Source: Thraustochytrium aureum (lineage: Eukaryota). Taken from it: 20,000 nucleotides of DNA. Within the stretch, counting starts at the first letter, position 1. The number at the start of each line of letters is the position of its first letter. Both the position numbers and the translations under genes were made by a program. The notes under the pieces were generated by a model that was not told where the DNA came from, searched no databases, and worked only from the letters and a program-made list of their open reading frames with translations. This document shows positions 18,028 through 20,000 of the stretch, in pieces. The stretch lies in assembly GCA_012862495.1 (NCBI GenBank), contig BLSG01000092.1, positions 69,279 through 89,278 of the forward strand, written 5' to 3'.

Positions 18028-19871
18028 GCCTCGATATCGTCGAGGCTANNNNNNNNNNNNNNNNNNNNNNNNNNNNNNNNNNNNNNNNNNNNNNNNNNNN
18101 NNNNNNNNNNNNNNNNNNNNNNNNNNNNNNNNNNNNNNNNNNNNNNNNNNNNNNNNNNNNNNNNNNNNNNNNNNNNNNNNNNNNNNNNNNNNNNNNNNNN
18201 NNNNNNNNNNNNNNNNNNNNNNNNNNNNNNNNNNNNNNNNNNNNNNNNNNNNNNNNNNNNNNNNNNNNNNNNNNNNNNNNNNNNNNNNNNNNNNNNNNNN
18301 NNNNNNNNNNNNNNNNNNNNNNNNNNNNNNNNNNNNNNNNNNNNNNNNNNNNNNNNNNNNNNNNNNNNNNNNNNNNNNNNNNNNNNNNNNNNNNNNNNNN
18401 NNNNNNNNNNNNNNNNNNNNNNNNNNNCAAAGCTGGCACCGATGGAGCGCAGCAAGCAGAGGCAACACAGTCGACGGAGGATATGCTGTATCAGCAGTCG
18501 ATGGAAGCGCGTATCGAGGGGCTCAAGGCCAGGATGGAGTCCCTCCGCGACGAGAACGGGCTCCTCAAGCAACAGGCCACCAAAGGCGAAAAGGACACGC
18601 ACGAGTTCGTGGCGTACTTCCAAAACCAGCTCGAGACCAAAGACCAGCTGATCGCAAAGCTCTCAGAGCAGATGACCCGAACGGAGATCGACAGCGAAAA
18701 GCAGATCAGCGCCGCAAAAGAGACGTCCGATGCGCTTGTCGCCAAAGCCCGAGAGGAGCTGGCCACGAGCAAACAGCAACTCGTATCGCGCGTCAAAGTT
18801 CTCGAGGACGAGCTGGCGGTGCTCACCGAGTACAAGCACAAGCGGGACGTGCTCAACACCAAGCTCCAGGAAGCCGAGCAGCGCCTCGAGGAGCAGGCGC
18901 TGCAGCACCGGCTTGCCCTGAACGACATCGAGCGCCAGTTCATCGAAAAGTCGGCCAAGCTGCAGCGCGACGTGGACAAGCGGATCGAAGGCATCAAGGT
19001 CCAGGCCCGCGAAGAGGCGCAGCAAGGCCTCGACCAAGACACGAAAAAGATCATCAACGACAACAAGCGCATGAGCGAGGAGCTGCGCTTCCAGCTGACA
19101 ACCTCGGACGAGCTCCAGCAGGCCGGCCGGGCGCTCACCGAGGAGAACAAGCGACTCAAACGCAACCTCGCTTTGGCAAGCGAGAAGGAGCAAGAGTACG
19201 CCAGTCGCGGGTACTACCGCGAGAACGAGCTCAACAAAGCCAAGCACAAGATCAAGCAGCTGGAGAGGGCGCTCTCGCAGACCGTGACCGACTTTGAGCA
19301 AGCGCGCGCCACTGCCGATGCCACACATGCCAAAGTGGTCGAGGACCTCGAGCTCGAGGTGTCGGGTCTCAAGCAGCTCGTCAAACTGAAAAACAAAGAG
19401 CTGAAAAACATTCGCCAGCTCTCGCAGGTGATCCTCGACCAGAGGACAGAAGTGGAGCAGTACTTTTTGGAGGCGCTCGAGCAGGTGAAGACTGAGATTC
19501 GCAAGCAGCGCGAAGAGGCCCAGCGAATGAGCGAGCAAGAGTACCGCAAACAAGTCCGCCTCGCGCANAGGGGGGGCAGCGGCGTGCAGTTTCCCTCGAT
19601 TCGCGGCAAACAACAATCCCAAGCGTCGCTGTCGTCCCTTGGCAACCGATTCCCGCTCCAGCCGGGAGCCAAGGTCGACCTGCGCGATTTGAGCTGGGAG
19701 GACCGCGAGCGCGTGCTGCGGCTGCTTTTCGCCAAGATCAACGCAGTGGAGAACCAGACCACTGATATTCTCAAGGACGCGACCGCCTCGGCGGCCTTTG
19801 CGCGCCACCAAGCGGAGGACCTCGTGCCCTACCGCCCCGAGGGCGCGGCGGTCTCGGCCTACGAGAGATGA
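18028..19871 (+). CDS. BBOF1: Basal body-orientation factor 1 (BBOF1/CCDC176) coiled-coil protein; true start unresolved
   Basis: Long coiled-coil with ILDQRTEVEQYFLEALEQVK and C-terminal VDLRDLSWEDRERVLRLLFAKIN, matching BBOF1 motifs as I recall them (ILDERTEVERFFLDAL; VDISDLTWEQKEKVLRLLFAKMN). A possible branch point (GCTGAC, about 17987) and acceptor (GGCAG, ending 18027) precede the gap 18048-18427. Confidence 0.85.
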
Positions 19872-19885
19872 TTGTTTCTTTTCTT

Positions 19886-20000
19886 TTAAATGCCGGGGAC
19901 GAGCTCGCGGCGCACGATCCCGGGCTGCACAATACTTGTTGATGTTGTTGATGTTGTTGTTGTTGCGTCCGCCATGCGTACAGAGCTCCCCGCGAGCAGT
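19886..20000 (-). CDS. Possible 3' end of a convergent gene (...LLAGSSVRMADATTTTSTTSTSIVQPGIVRRELVPGI*), including a (GTT/GAT)n microsatellite at about 19937-19965
   Basis: Open frame from the window edge to TAA at 19888-19886, followed by a short A-rich tract on that strand. The other minus frames are also open here, so support is weak. Confidence 0.25.
   Translation of the reverse strand, partial: LLAGSSVRMADATTTTSTTSTSIVQPGIVRRELVPGI

Noticed and set aside
18491..19811. Long minus-strand ORFs (224, 382 and 186 aa)
   Set aside because: Antisense shadows of the BBOF1 coiled-coil coding sequence.

Overview
Eukaryotic, GC-rich, gene-dense, intron-poor DNA with short spliceosomal introns and five N gaps. 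A basal-body gene implies a flagellated stage; a thraustochytrid/labyrinthulomycete-like protist is my inference, not proven. In order: (1) a Pho88/Snd3-family membrane protein (-), running off the left edge and missed by the ORF track; (2) a divergent, mostly disordered hypothetical protein (+) with a GC-AG intron; (3) an aldehyde dehydrogenase (-) with a mitochondrial-type presequence and a 1-nt frameshift; (4) a bacterial-type EmrE/Qac small multidrug resistance (SMR) transporter (+) with an N-terminal tail containing a dileucine-like sorting motif; (5-7) three tandem Frizzled/Smoothened-like (class F) receptor genes (+), each with signal peptide, 10-Cys CRD, a 7TM region (partly in gaps in copies 2 and 3) and one intron at the same position; (8) BBOF1/CCDC176 (+). 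The most notable items are the apparently non-animal class F receptor array, its likely gene-conversion tract, and the eukaryotic SMR transporter. All family assignments come from motif recognition by eye; no searches were run.
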